NCBI GenBank assembly: GCA_951406725.2 | Contig: OX597826.1 | Coordinates: 9,796,001-9,860,000 of the forward strand | DNA length: 64,000 nt | Reading direction: 5' to 3' | Origin: Octopus vulgaris | Taxonomy: Eukaryota | Shown here: piece by piece, positions 55,919 through 64,000 of the stretch | Layout of the letters: every line of letters begins with the position of its first letter | Position numbering within the stretch: position 1 is the first letter of the stretch | Notes under the pieces: model-generated | The model's database searches: none | Told to the model about the DNA's origin: nothing | The model's input: the letters and a program-made list of their open reading frames with translations, nothing else | Translations under genes and position numbers: made by a program

Positions 55919-56655
55919 TACAACAGGCTTCTTTCAGTTTCTGTTTGGGCAAGTGTCTTCTACTATAGCCTCGGGGCGACCAAAGCCTTGTGAGCGGATT
56001 TGATAGACGGAAACTGAAAGAAGACCATCGTGTATATGTGTGTGTGCATGTGTGTGTATGTATGTATGCATGTGTGTGTGTGTATGTTTGTGTGTCTGTG
56101 TTTGTCCCCCTAGCATTGCTTGACAACCAATGCTGGTGTGTTTACATCCCCGTAACTTAGTGGTTCGGCAAAAGAGACCGATAGAATAAGTACTGGGCTT
56201 ACAAAGAATAAGTCCCGGGGTCGATTTGCTCGACTAAAGGCGGTGCTCCAGCATGGCCGCAGTCAAATGACTGAAACAAGTAAAAGAGTAAAAATATCAT
56301 CTGTTGGTAAGCAACAGATTTTTTCCAAAGCAATTTCCAATCTCTTCTGAATGGTTAAAATTCTATTTGTGTGACCGTCTGACTAAACTGGATTTTGTTT
56401 TTCTGTCTGTTGACAAGAATAACTCCAAGACTAATGCAATGATCTATACTGCATAACGAGATAAAAAAAGATTTGATTTGCTTGTAAAACATCTAATTAA
56501 TGTTCTATATAGCTTTTATTTTTTTTATGAACCTGAATATATATCTACTCTTTCCTTCACACACATACATTCGTGCACACAGTTTTTTCCCCTCCTTTCT
56601 GTTTTCTCTCTGTTATCTCTTCCTTCACTCTCTCTTCCTATTTCACTCTCTCTCT

Positions 56656-56709
<54 letters not shown>

Positions 56710-56756
56710 CAGTCCAACCCTTGCTAGCATGGAAAGCGGATGTTAAATGATGATGA

Positions 56757-56834
<78 letters not shown>

Positions 56835-57774
56835 CATCATCATCATCGTTTAACGTCTGCTTTCCATACTAGCATGGGTTGGACGTATGACTGAGGGCTA
56901 GCGAACCAGATGGCTGCACCAGGCTCCAATCTTGATCTGGCAGAGTTTCTACAGCTGGATGCCCTTTCTAATGCCAACCACTCTGAGAGTGTAGTGGGTA
57001 CTTTTTACATGCTACCAACACGGGGACCAGTCAGGTGGTACTGGCAACGACCTCGCTCGAATCTTTTTACACATGCCACCAGCACGGGTGCCAGTAAGAT
57101 AATGCTGGTAACGATCATGCTCAAATAGTGCGTTTTACATGCCACCGGCTCGGAAGCCAGTTAGCCGCTCTGGCAATGATCACACTCGGATGGTGCTCTT
57201 AGCACCCTACTAGCATGGGCACAAGTGCCAGTAAGGCGACGCTGATAACGATCACACTTGAATGGCGCCTTTTATGTGCCACTGGCACGGAAACCGGTTA
57301 CCTGCTCTGTCAACGATCACACTCGTATGGTGCTCTTTGCATCCCACTAGCACGGATGCCAGTTATCGAATTTGATATATATATATTTAAGAAAATAGGA
57401 AAATAGAGATAATTAGATTAATAATTATTTATCAATTACAAAATTGGACATCATCTGTGACAACTGTTTCAATTCAAGACTTTAGAAATTAATTAGTATA
57501 ATTATGTTTTTATATACTAATTAATTTCTAAAGTCTTGAATCGAAACAGCTGTCAGAGACAATGTCCAGTATTGTAATTGATAAATAATTATTAATCTAA
57601 TTATCTCTATTTTCCTATTTTCTTAAAAATATTTATAAACCCCAGTTTATCTATTTACCTTACAGTTTAATATTAAATGTAATATTCAATAGTTTTTGTA
57701 ATAGGTAATAAACCAGTATATTCATAGGATTTTATTATCCTTTAATGAGGTTTTTAGCCTCTAATTGAACTTTT

Positions 57775-57805
<31 letters not shown>

Positions 57806-59356
57806 AATCTTCCCCCTCTATTCTCTCACTCTCCGCCCCCCATTGTTTCCTGTTTTGTCACCAGTTTATTTTGCTATTCAATGCTTGCCTGCACCCAGAA
57901 TTATTTCTTCCATTTGTTTGAATAATGTTTAATTTTTTTCCAGAAAGCACACAGTCCAAAACTATCTCGTAACCAGCAACCTTCCATCATGGAAAAAAGA
58001 ACATCAGCAACTTGGTCACCACGCAGTAGTACTAACTTGGAAGGCCTCCCAACCGAAGTTTACCTTGACGGTTCTCGTAGTTCCCCCGTAACACTCAGCA
58101 AACCAATCCGTACAAGACAGATGCCTGTTTTTAATGTTGGTGATTCTCAGTGTCCCGTCGGACGTCAACAACCGTCATTACTTGACACCCATTACATGCC
58201 GGGTGAGGATTGGGGACTCGTTCAGGACAGCATAGAAACCATTCATCCCATTAGACCACTCAACGATGGCTATTCCTATGTTATTCCGGATACTAATTCC
58301 TATTCAGGCTGGACAAGCCATTCATCTCTCGACACCCCATCTAATGGAAACAATAATGGTGCAGGAAGCAATGGCAATCTTTTGTATTCACTCAATGGTT
58401 TGAGTTCAACAACAATTGACAGTCAAGGCGAAACTGTGTCCAGCCATTACAATTCTTCTCCTTACCACATGTCACCACCTAAAGATCTGTATTTTTCTTC
58501 TCAAAGCTCAATAGATAACATTGGGCATCAGAGTAACAAAGTGAGTCTTCTTGACCTACATGACCTCGAAGAAGAGTGTGAACCAGTCACTACTAATGGT
58601 GACTTCCATTTCAATAACATACAGAATCCAGTGCCTGGTAATACTGATGTATACCCACCACCCAGAGGTAGACAACGCAGTAATGATAAATTCTCGAAAG
58701 AGCCAGATGCTCATTCAAAGTTTGAGCCTTTGTCCAAACTTGATGAACAGATTTTGCTTAAAGAAGGTGGGGATTGCATTGCACTGAAAACATACAAGAC
58801 TAATGCCAACTGCAAGAGTGATCCTGCTTTGGTGAAAGTGAGACTTCCAGAAGAGAGAAATGGAGAACTGCCTCCAATGTTAAATCGCTTCATGGCACAC
58901 CATGAATTAATTCCTTACCATTCCACAGCGCTTCCAATGCAAGGAAACTCTGAACCCCCTCCATATTGTGTCAAAGATCTTATAAAACAATCTGAGGACG
59001 TTAAAAATGATGGCTCAGACTATTTCATAAGAGATAGGAACACTTCTTGTGATAATAACAGTAAAAAAAAAAGTTACAGCCCTAAAAAGAAGAATTCTGG
59101 TGGTGCCAATCACAGTAGTTTTGGCAACAAGGGCAATAAAAGTAATAGTGTACATTCAAAAAAACCTGACAACCCTCACAGCATTCGAAAGAGGCCTGAT
59201 CGCAAAGCACTTCCTTCTTCGAAAGAAAAATCAAATGAACTAAAAACTTTTGCTTCTGCACGGACTACTGATGGACCCACATTACCTGAGGAACTCCCCG
59301 CGCATTATTTTAGGGACCCAGAAATCACTCCTGACCTTCCTACAACAGACCTCTAA
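2567..59356 (+). CDS. dome: Domeless/gp130-like type I cytokine receptor, 5'-partial, 11 exons: join(2567-2714,4045-4136,4941-5160,8134-8306,10349-10562,12240-12395,20711-20866,21830-21914,51134-51215,54466-54627,57944-59356)
   Basis: Exons have polypyrimidine-AG acceptors and GT donors (one GC), and phases chain without stops: 2901 nt = 966 aa + stop. Motifs: [28 protein letters not shown] (gp130 D3/D4 junction spacing), LYWKKVP..YGK, WC..C..PQW and SSGLVWAPC (Domeless-type), [24 protein letters not shown] (FN3), TM helix, long disordered tail. Orthology to dome is inferred, not searched. Confidence 0.8.
3345..3728 (+). mobile_element. RTE-associated retroposon 3' end with internal tandem units and (GAT)n tail (other copies 16948-17116, 27430-27630, 41158-41390 -, 52885-53115, 56833-57375 -)
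   Basis: Shared ggttggcgttaggaagggcatccagctgtagaaac...catgctagcatgga..gacgttaaacgatgatgat; the RTE fragment at 26300 also has a (GAT)n tail. Confidence 0.7.
4045..4136 (+). CDS. Receptor exon B ([31 protein letters not shown])
   Basis: tttcag acceptor, gtatgt donor, phase 1 to 0; absent from the ORF track. Confidence 0.85.
4433..4732. mobile_element. hAT (Charlie-like) MITE
   Basis: TIR CAaTGTTTCTCAACC / GGTTGAGAAACACTG; imperfect 8-bp TSD atttaggg/atcttggg. Confidence 0.75.
4941..5160 (+). CDS. Receptor exon C, FN3 ([20 protein letters not shown]...[10 protein letters not shown]...TVDG)
   Basis: ttttcag acceptor, gtaagt donor, phase 0 to 1. Confidence 0.9.
5430..5605. repeat. Perfect 77-bp inverted repeat made of SINE-B sequence, 22-nt loop
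   Basis: 5430-5506 is the exact reverse complement of 5529-5605. Confidence 0.95.
5603..5964 (+). mobile_element. Non-autonomous Helitron (family H1)
   Basis: TCTATATATATAAA start, terminal hairpin, CTAG|T end; near-identical copies at 39534-39903 (-) and 44740-45081. Confidence 0.8.
6762..7008 (-). mobile_element. tRNA-derived SINE family C (other copies 17604-17907 -, 54780-55075 -, head at ~62520 +)
   Basis: Minus-strand head gtggaggcacaatggcccagtggttagg...gtttcgattccc with A/B boxes; shared body. Confidence 0.8.
8134..8306 (+). CDS. Receptor exon D, FN3 ([11 protein letters not shown]...LTLSWGRP...[17 protein letters not shown])
   Basis: cacag acceptor, gtaagt donor, phase 1 to 0. Confidence 0.9.
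9068..9410 (+). mobile_element. Non-autonomous Helitron, 3'-truncated
   Basis: tctctatatataaacggc start like H1; 3' part like H2 (atttcccttacaaacccga). Confidence 0.6.
10349..10562 (+). CDS. Receptor exon E (DDPQWIHLP...IFGLAT...[15 protein letters not shown])
   Basis: tctcatag acceptor, gtaagt donor, phase 0 to 1; SSG-h-VWA-x-C motif recalled from arthropod Domeless. Confidence 0.9.
12240..12395 (+). CDS. Receptor exon F, FN3 ([23 protein letters not shown]...[15 protein letters not shown])
   Basis: cttcag acceptor, gtgagt donor, phase 1 to 1. Confidence 0.9.
12747..13129. mobile_element. Tc1/mariner-type MITE carrying a CR1-like LINE 3' end, nested in the (TA)n of a SINE-A
   Basis: TA|CAGAGT..CCAAAAAAATGTATAC..CTTCAGGAA inverted termini; internal 12885-13087 matches 50205-50360. 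Confidence 0.7.
14209..14626 (-). mobile_element. tRNA-derived SINE family A, near full length (others 8425-8828, 11325-11692, 22895-23374, 33550-33912, 43098-43495, 48877-49312)
   Basis: A box tggctgtgtggt, B box ggttcagtccc, central (TA)n, tail tgactgaaacaagtaaaagag. Confidence 0.9.
14925..14990 (+). ncRNA. Type I minimal hammerhead-like motif (same family as 24255)
   Basis: atagaac-CTGATGA-g..stem II..-GAAA-ccattgg-TC-actctat; core intact but stem I/II closing pairs mismatched. Confidence 0.6.
15628..16078 (+). mobile_element. RTE-clade LINE 3' fragment
   Basis: [61 protein letters not shown]. Confidence 0.9.
20711..20866 (+). CDS. Receptor exon G, membrane-proximal FN3 ([52 protein letters not shown])
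   Basis: T-rich tract + gaag acceptor, gtaaat donor, phase 1 to 1; canonical FN3 C-terminal motif. Confidence 0.9.
21830..21914 (+). CDS. Receptor exon H, transmembrane ([29 protein letters not shown])
   Basis: tttacag acceptor, CAG|gtaaat donor, phase 1 to 2; ~22 hydrophobic residues. Confidence 0.9.
22290..22810. repeat. Compound (TA)n/(TG)n/(TACA)n microsatellite
   Basis: Direct inspection; source of the spurious YI-rich ORFs in all frames. Confidence 0.95.
24126..24333. ncRNA. Inverted pair of hammerhead-like motifs (24141-24204 -, 24255-24318 +)
   Basis: + copy: tagagt-CTGATGA-gt catccatgaag/cttcatggatg c-AAAA-ccattgg-TC-actcta; - copy homologous; arms ~93 bp. Confidence 0.7.
25458..25692 (+). 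mobile_element. SINE family B with long TSD (others 19315-19545, 45533-45768, 52623-52843 -, head-to-tail trio 38180-38845)
   Basis: gagctggcagaa head, gagttcaaattcc B box, gactttgcctttcatcctttc..gtcgataaattaagtaccag core; ggtattctggatgaaggg repeated at 25445 and 25693. Confidence 0.85.
25929..26314 (+). mobile_element. RTE-like LINE 3' fragment with (GAT)n tail
   Basis: [47 protein letters not shown]. Confidence 0.85.
29614..29664 (-). ncRNA. Minimal hammerhead ribozyme candidate with G3-C8 swapped core
   Basis: Minus: tttgtca-GTGAACA-g-gtcgc agtctcaaa gcgac-GAAA-atat-TT-tgacaaa; 7-bp stem I, 5-bp stem II, palindromic stem III. Confidence 0.65.
30803..31066. repeat. Inverted repeat (~118-bp arms), each arm with a decayed hammerhead-like motif
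   Basis: acac-CTGATGA-aggctg..cagct-gaag at 30972-31015 (+); mirror copy 30854-30894 (-) retains GAAA; third copy ~15235-15272 (-). Confidence 0.75.
36515..36737. mobile_element. piggyBac-type MITE family 2, second copy
   Basis: TTAA TSDs and CCCTTTCGTTAC TIRs. Confidence 0.85.
39534..39903 (-). mobile_element. Non-autonomous Helitron H1, complete
   Basis: On minus strand A|TC...CTAG|T with terminal hairpin. Confidence 0.85.
44740..45081 (+). mobile_element. Non-autonomous Helitron H1, truncated within the terminal hairpin
   Basis: Same body as 5603 copy; ends at actagcactatgac then (CA)n. Confidence 0.8.
47146..47577. mobile_element. MITE with ~100-bp imperfect TIRs
   Basis: ttaggaagcaccaacaagtt.gaatttctc...ctctggactat mirrored at 47485-47577; TA at both ends. 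Confidence 0.75.
50205..50422 (-). mobile_element. CR1/L2-type LINE 3' end
   Basis: [23 protein letters not shown] then short 3' UTR with AT-rich tail. Confidence 0.7.
51134..51215 (+). CDS. Receptor exon I, juxtamembrane/Box1-like ([28 protein letters not shown])
   Basis: Long T-rich tract + gaag acceptor, GAG|gtaagc donor, phase 2 to 0; basic stop-transfer residues and PxxP; follows a 29.2-kb intron. Confidence 0.75.
54466..54627 (+). CDS. Receptor exon J, cytoplasmic ([18 protein letters not shown]...EPKKRNKTN)
   Basis: ttcttcag acceptor, gtaagt donor, 162 nt open, phase 0 to 0. Confidence 0.8.
55664..56293. repeat. Two SINE-A copies in adjacent inverted orientation
   Basis: 55664-55943 (-) and 55946-56293 (+); ~280-bp complementary arms. 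Confidence 0.9.
57386..57627. repeat. AT-rich inverted repeat (~115-bp arms) containing GAAACAGCTGTC
   Basis: tttaagaaaataggaaaatagagataattagatt...tagtata mirrored; hammerhead-like 3' half at 57543. Confidence 0.85.
57944..59356 (+). CDS. Receptor terminal exon K, 470-aa low-complexity cytoplasmic tail ending PTTDL*
   Basis: tttttccag acceptor in frame with the 455-aa ORF 57989-59356; non-repetitive coding-like composition. Confidence 0.9.
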   Translation, partial: KAHSPKLSRNQQPSIMEKRTSATWSPRSSTNLEGLPTEVYLDGSRSSPVTLSKPIRTRQMPVFNVGDSQCPVGRQQPSLLDTHYMPGEDWGLVQDSIETIHPIRPLNDGYSYVIPDTNSYSGWTSHSSLDTPSNGNNNGAGSNGNLLYSLNGLSSTTIDSQGETVSSHYNSSPYHMSPPKDLYFSSQSSIDNIGHQSNKVSLLDLHDLEEECEPVTTNGDFHFNNIQNPVPGNTDVYPPPRGRQRSNDKFSKEPDAHSKFEPLSKLDEQILLKEGGDCIALKTYKTNANCKSDPALVKVRLPEERNGELPPMLNRFMAHHELIPYHSTALPMQGNSEPPPYCVKDLIKQSEDVKNDGSDYFIRDRNTSCDNNSKKKSYSPKKKNSGGANHSSFGNKGNKSNSVHSKKPDNPHSIRKRPDRKALPSSKEKSNELKTFASARTTDGPTLPEELPAHYFRDPEITPDLPTTDL

Positions 59357-60320
59357 TATCTTCCCCACCAACTTTTCTTTTCTTTTTCTTTTTTTTTTTC
59401 CGTGTCAAATAAAAAATATTATTTGTCAAATATTTGCTGATGGATTTCCTGTCCATTTCTCTCCACTGTAATTTTACTTATTCAGAGATTATGTACAGAC
59501 TTTAATTATTGTATTATTATTATTATTACAACATGTCATGTCATCCAGGAAAACTCCATTGTTCAGACAACAGAACTGTAAGTATTATCGAGTGTAAATA
59601 TACAATATTTGTATATCACTTCTGAAGAAACTGTGATATCAATACTTGTGAGGTACATTGTGAAATACTTAACATTGATAACATTGTGAAGTACTTAAGT
59701 TTGGTATATCACACTGTAAGGTACATAACGTTGGTACACTATTGTGAGGTACTTAACAGTGGTAATTACCTTGTGAGGCACTTAACATTTGTATATTACA
59801 TTAGTACAATACATTATGAGGTTGTGAGGTACATAGCTTTGGTATATTGCATTACGAGGTACTTAACTTTGGTACATTACATTGTGAAATACATTAAATT
59901 GGTACATTTTATTGTGAGGTACACTACATTGCTATTTTACAGTGTGAGGTACATTACATTGGTACACTATATTGTGAGGTACTTAACATTAGTGTATTAC
60001 ATTGTGAGGTACTTAACATTAGTACATTATGTTGTAAGGTACATTACATTGTGAGGCTGTGAGGTACATTAACATTGGTATATTACATTGTGAGGTAGAT
60101 GACATTGTTAAGTAGCATTAGTACCCTACATTGTGAGATATATGACATTAGTACAGTGCTACTTTACATAGTGAGGTACATTACATAGATACATTACATT
60201 GTAAGATTATTTACACTGGTACGTTGGTATTTTACTTTGTGGAATTTATATAACATTGTTATATAATCTATAAAAAAAAAGGATTATATTGAAAAACTGC
60301 TGCGAAATATGATAATAAAA
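59357..60320 (+). other. Probable 3' UTR of the receptor
   Basis: AATAAA near 59408 and 60314; TGTAAATA (Pumilio-type element) at 59593; true end unknown. Confidence 0.45.
59645..60225. repeat. Degenerate ~30-bp minisatellite (consensus ATTGTGAGGTACTTAACATTGGTACATTAC)
   Basis: Recurrent attgtgaggtac at ~30-nt spacing. Confidence 0.9.
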
Positions 60321-61839
60321 ATATTAACATTTTTCCAATTTTTCTAATGTAACATTTGGCTAATTATGAATGAATTTGGTGCAGTGGTTTAGAAGTTTGC
60401 TTCGGAACCATAAGGTTTGGTCCAATTTTGTGGCAGTTTAGGGAAGTGACTTCTGACAAGGCCATGGATTTAAACAATGCCTCGTGAGTGGAATTTGGAA
60501 GACAGAAACTGTAGCAGCCCTTGGTGTATGTATTTTGTGTCAATGGATTTCAAATACTTTGCCATATTTGAATCCATAAGGGGGAAGCATCTCTTTCAAG
60601 GGACGTAACTCTGATAAATCTTAGCTTTTTTTTTTCTTTTTTTTTTGCTAAATGGAAATTGGTAAAAATGTGTACCAGGCTTAAATACTGCAAATCAATG
60701 TAATTAATTAAAACGTTTGATGGTGATGCTCTTGCATGGCCACAGTCCAGTGACTGAAGCCAGTAAGAGAAAATAAAAGAATGATATCAGGTCAGAATAA
60801 TTCTAATGTAAATATATCTCAAGAGACCCCTCAAACCATCCAAAATAAATCAAAATATTAGCAGAGGTTTTTTTGTTTGTTTTGTTTCTTTTATAACTAT
60901 GGGTTTGTTGAACCCACAGTTTTACCAAGCTACAAAACTGGAGCTTGGTACAATTAGTATGAAAAAAAAAAAACACAAATGTAAAAAGAAGTCTGTAAAA
61001 AGCTGTCAGACAAATTTTGAAAGATATTTTCATCTATTTGTTGATTTTTCACATTCTGTTGAGAATTTTTCAAGTAAAAAAAACCAAATCCTGTAATAAT
61101 TGAGCAGAAAATACTGAAAATGGACTTGTTTATTCTGATGCTTACCTGTGTCTTTACCTGTGGTCAGATTATTGTGAAAATTGGCAAAGAAAATAATTAT
61201 TTATATGTCTTCATGTAACTCGTCATTTGTTCTACAAAACATTGTACATGTGTGGTTGTTAATTGATTTCGTAGTAACGCAGAGGAAGAAAAATACCATA
61301 CATGCCGCAAAGAGGATGAAAAGTAATTTAATACTGATGACATCAGTATTAAATTAGTAAAAGTAATTAGTAAAAGGCATGAACATACAACGGTGGTGCC
61401 CCAGCATGGCCGCGGTCTTTGGGCTAAAACATTTTTAAGGATTTCAGGATTTATACAAACAACGCAAACCAAAACAATGTTTTTTCCTTTGAACCCAGTT
61501 GTAGCTTATGACATTTAGATGTAAGCTGTTATTTCCAGCAGAAATTACATTCTCAGGTGTAGACAAATTTCCACTGCTTGCTTTTGTTCCACGTGTAAAT
61601 TTTAATTTGTCGGGCTAGAAACAGTAGCTAAATGTCCAGTGTGCATCCACTGTTGTAGTTAATAATCCATTCAAGTCAGTTGATTGGAAAATCAGACGGA
61701 TCAACTGGAAGTAATAGATATATTGTTTTCTGATTATTATCGCCAAATCCTTTTCTGCTATTAATTCATTGATTAAATCATTGAATAAGTTAAAGGTGTA
61801 AGAATTATGAACAGCTATTTTTTCTGGCATTTTCTCTTG

Positions 61840-61988
61840 CACTTCACTTAATTTAGGCTTTTTGGACACACTTTCTTCACTTTTTACATTTGCAGGTTGT
61901 TTCATTAGAAACCTGTCAAGAGAAGTCTGCTTTTTCCTGCCTTTCAAAATGCTATGAAAATGCAGCAGAGAACAGAGTCATTAAATAA
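61840..61988 (-). mobile_element. pogo/Tigger-like transposase C-terminal remnant
   Basis: LFND../LLHFHSILKGRKKQTSLDRFL, containing a QxxLxxFL PIP-box as in pogo-family transposases. Confidence 0.55.
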
Positions 61989-62723
61989 AGTTTTGATAAG
62001 AATACTACAAAAATAGAATACAAAAAAAGGAAATTTGTTGTTACTGCTAACATCTGTTACAGAATGTAAATAAATGATAGAGGAGGGGATTAAAGTTTTC
62101 TTCTTTAGATTAGGGACTTTAAAATGATTAGGAAAAGTGGGGTTTGAATGCTGCTCTTTCAGGCAGTAAGTATAACACTGACAAACACGGTGCCATGCAG
62201 ATTTGTATTCTACAGGATGTTATAATATAGTTGGTAGTGTGCAGGTTATCTCTTTCTCCGTTTATCCATCTCCTGAATGCTAATCTTACTGGATTTATCT
62301 CCCTTTTCTTCCCTTATATGTAAAGTGGTTGGCATTAGGGCATCCAGCCAAATCACACAACTGGAACTTGGTGCAGCTCTAGCCAAATCATTCGACCCAT
62401 TCCAGAATGGAAAACAGACATCAAATGATGATGATGATGGTATATACTAACAACGGTTTAGTCAGTGTCATTGCCCAAGTTTGTAAGTGGTACTTTATTT
62501 TATCAATAGTATCAACAAGTGGAGGCACAATGGCCCATGGTTGAGGAAGCAGCCTCGCGTTCATAGGATCGCAGTTTCGATTCCCAGACTGGGCGTTGTG
62601 AGTGCTTATTGTTTATCATTAGTTACATCAGGAATATACTTTTACCATTGTTGGATGTATCCCTCTTTGCTAACATATACTTGCGTCTCATTCACTATAC
62701 ACACACACACATACATGTATCTC

Positions 62724-62755
<32 letters not shown>

Positions 62756-63344
62756 CATATATAAGGAAGTCAAAAGTTATGGCAGATCATAAAGTGAGCA
62801 TTGGTTTTGCACCTCTAAAATGCTTAGCTGTATAGGAGATTCATCAACTCAAATGGCTGAAGGAGTCTTCAGCCATTTGAGTCTCATGAGTCTCCTATAC
62901 TCCTAACTTTGACCATTTGAGTCTTGTGAGTCATCTTTTTAGGTGTGAAACCAATGGTCGCTCCTATGATAGGCCATAACCTTTGCCTTCCTAAAAAAAT
63001 ATTTTACTGCTCTAATGCTTTTGAGTGCACTTCTTTTCCAGATATATGAATTACTGATGATATATATATATATATCAAAACAGGGACAACTGTGTTGTAT
63101 GTTTTGTACTGTTTTTTTCGTTGTTTGAAAAAAGTTTGTTTCCATGTTTTTGTTTTTATGTTTTCATTTCTCATTGTGTTCATTTGTTTTTGATGTCCTG
63201 TACCCATATATGCATGTATATATACATGTAGATGTAGGTATATACATATATGTATGTATATATGCATATATTTATATATTATTTATATTATTATATATAT
63301 ATATATGTATAGAGAAATTCAACAGGCAATAACAGAAGAATTCA

Positions 63345-64000
63345 ACCGGCAATAACAGAGGAATTCAAGACGGGTTGATCCTGGGAGCTCCTCTATGTTG
63401 ATGACCTGGCCCTCATAGCAGAATCACTACCGGAACTAGAAAAGAAATTTCGGGTGTGGAAGCTAGGTTTAGAATCAAAAGGCCTTAGAGTCAATGTAGC
63501 AAACACCAAAGTCCTAGTAAGTAGGAAGCCAAACACACCACACACTGCTTCAGGTAGGTGGCCCTGCTCGATCTGAAGAAAAGGTGTAGGTAGAAATTCC
63601 ATAAGATATACCCAGTGTAAGCTATGAACACATAAGAGGTGCAGCACCATCAAAGGGAAATTAACCGAGAAGATAGCTTTTGTGTGCAACAGATGCACAG
63701 GGGCAATAGATACCATGGAAATTCAGAAAACAGATTCCATTACACTCCTGGGGGAGAAACTAGAAGTAGTTGATAGTTTCCGCTACCTAGGTGACCAAGT
63801 TAGTAGTGGGGGTGGATGCTCAGAGAGTGTCACCACTAGAATATGAATAGCCTGGGCAAAGTTTAGAAAACTCCTACCCCTACTGGTGACAAAGGGTCTC
63901 TCATTCAGAGTGAAAGGTAGATTGTATGACGCATGTGTGCGAACTGCTATGCTTCATGGTAGTGAAACATGGGCTGTGACTGCAGAGGACATGCGTAGGC
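63345..64000 (+). mobile_element. RTE-clade LINE reverse transcriptase pseudogene, 5'-truncated, runs off window
   Basis: Frame 63361: ELLYVDDLALIAES..GLRVNVANTKV..LEVVDSFRYLGD..KGRLYDACVRTAMLHGSETW; four in-frame TGA. Confidence 0.92.

Noticed and set aside
57989-59356. Stand-alone 455-aa gene
   Set aside because: The frame stays open upstream to a strong acceptor at 57943 in phase with exon J, so it is the terminal exon
59686-60054. 122-aa repetitive ORF, or a CRISPR-like array
   Set aside because: Translation of a 30-bp minisatellite; no unique spacers and eukaryotic context
59645-60225. TGAGGTA (let-7 5' end) repeated in the minisatellite
   Set aside because: Same sense as the miRNA, so target sites exist only antisense; no hairpin and no evidence of an antisense transcript

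Overview
Eukaryotic, AT-rich, microsatellite-dense DNA whose tRNA-derived SINE and RTE content resembles an Octopus (coleoid cephalopod) genome (inference). It carries the last 11 coding exons of one + strand gene (2567-59356). Spliced by hand, these give a phase-consistent 2901-nt CDS of 966 aa, 5'-incomplete: the end of a cytokine-receptor FN3 domain with a degenerate WSxWS, three more FN3 domains, one TM helix and a ~550-aa tail. This is a Domeless/gp130-like type I cytokine receptor. Introns hold three SINE families, RTE/CR1/Penelope remnants, piggyBac/hAT/Tc1-type MITEs and non-autonomous Helitrons. The most notable hidden layer is several distinct families of minimal hammerhead-ribozyme motifs, often in inverted pairs, including an apparently intact G3-C8 core-swapped variant at 29614-29664 (-). 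Other leads are a probable GC-AG intron, possible tail-less receptor isoforms, a 3' minisatellite with repeated miR-252-type seed matches, a perfect 77-bp fold-back and a Helitron terminal hairpin with an inverted loop. All coordinates were read by eye; repeat boundaries are approximate.
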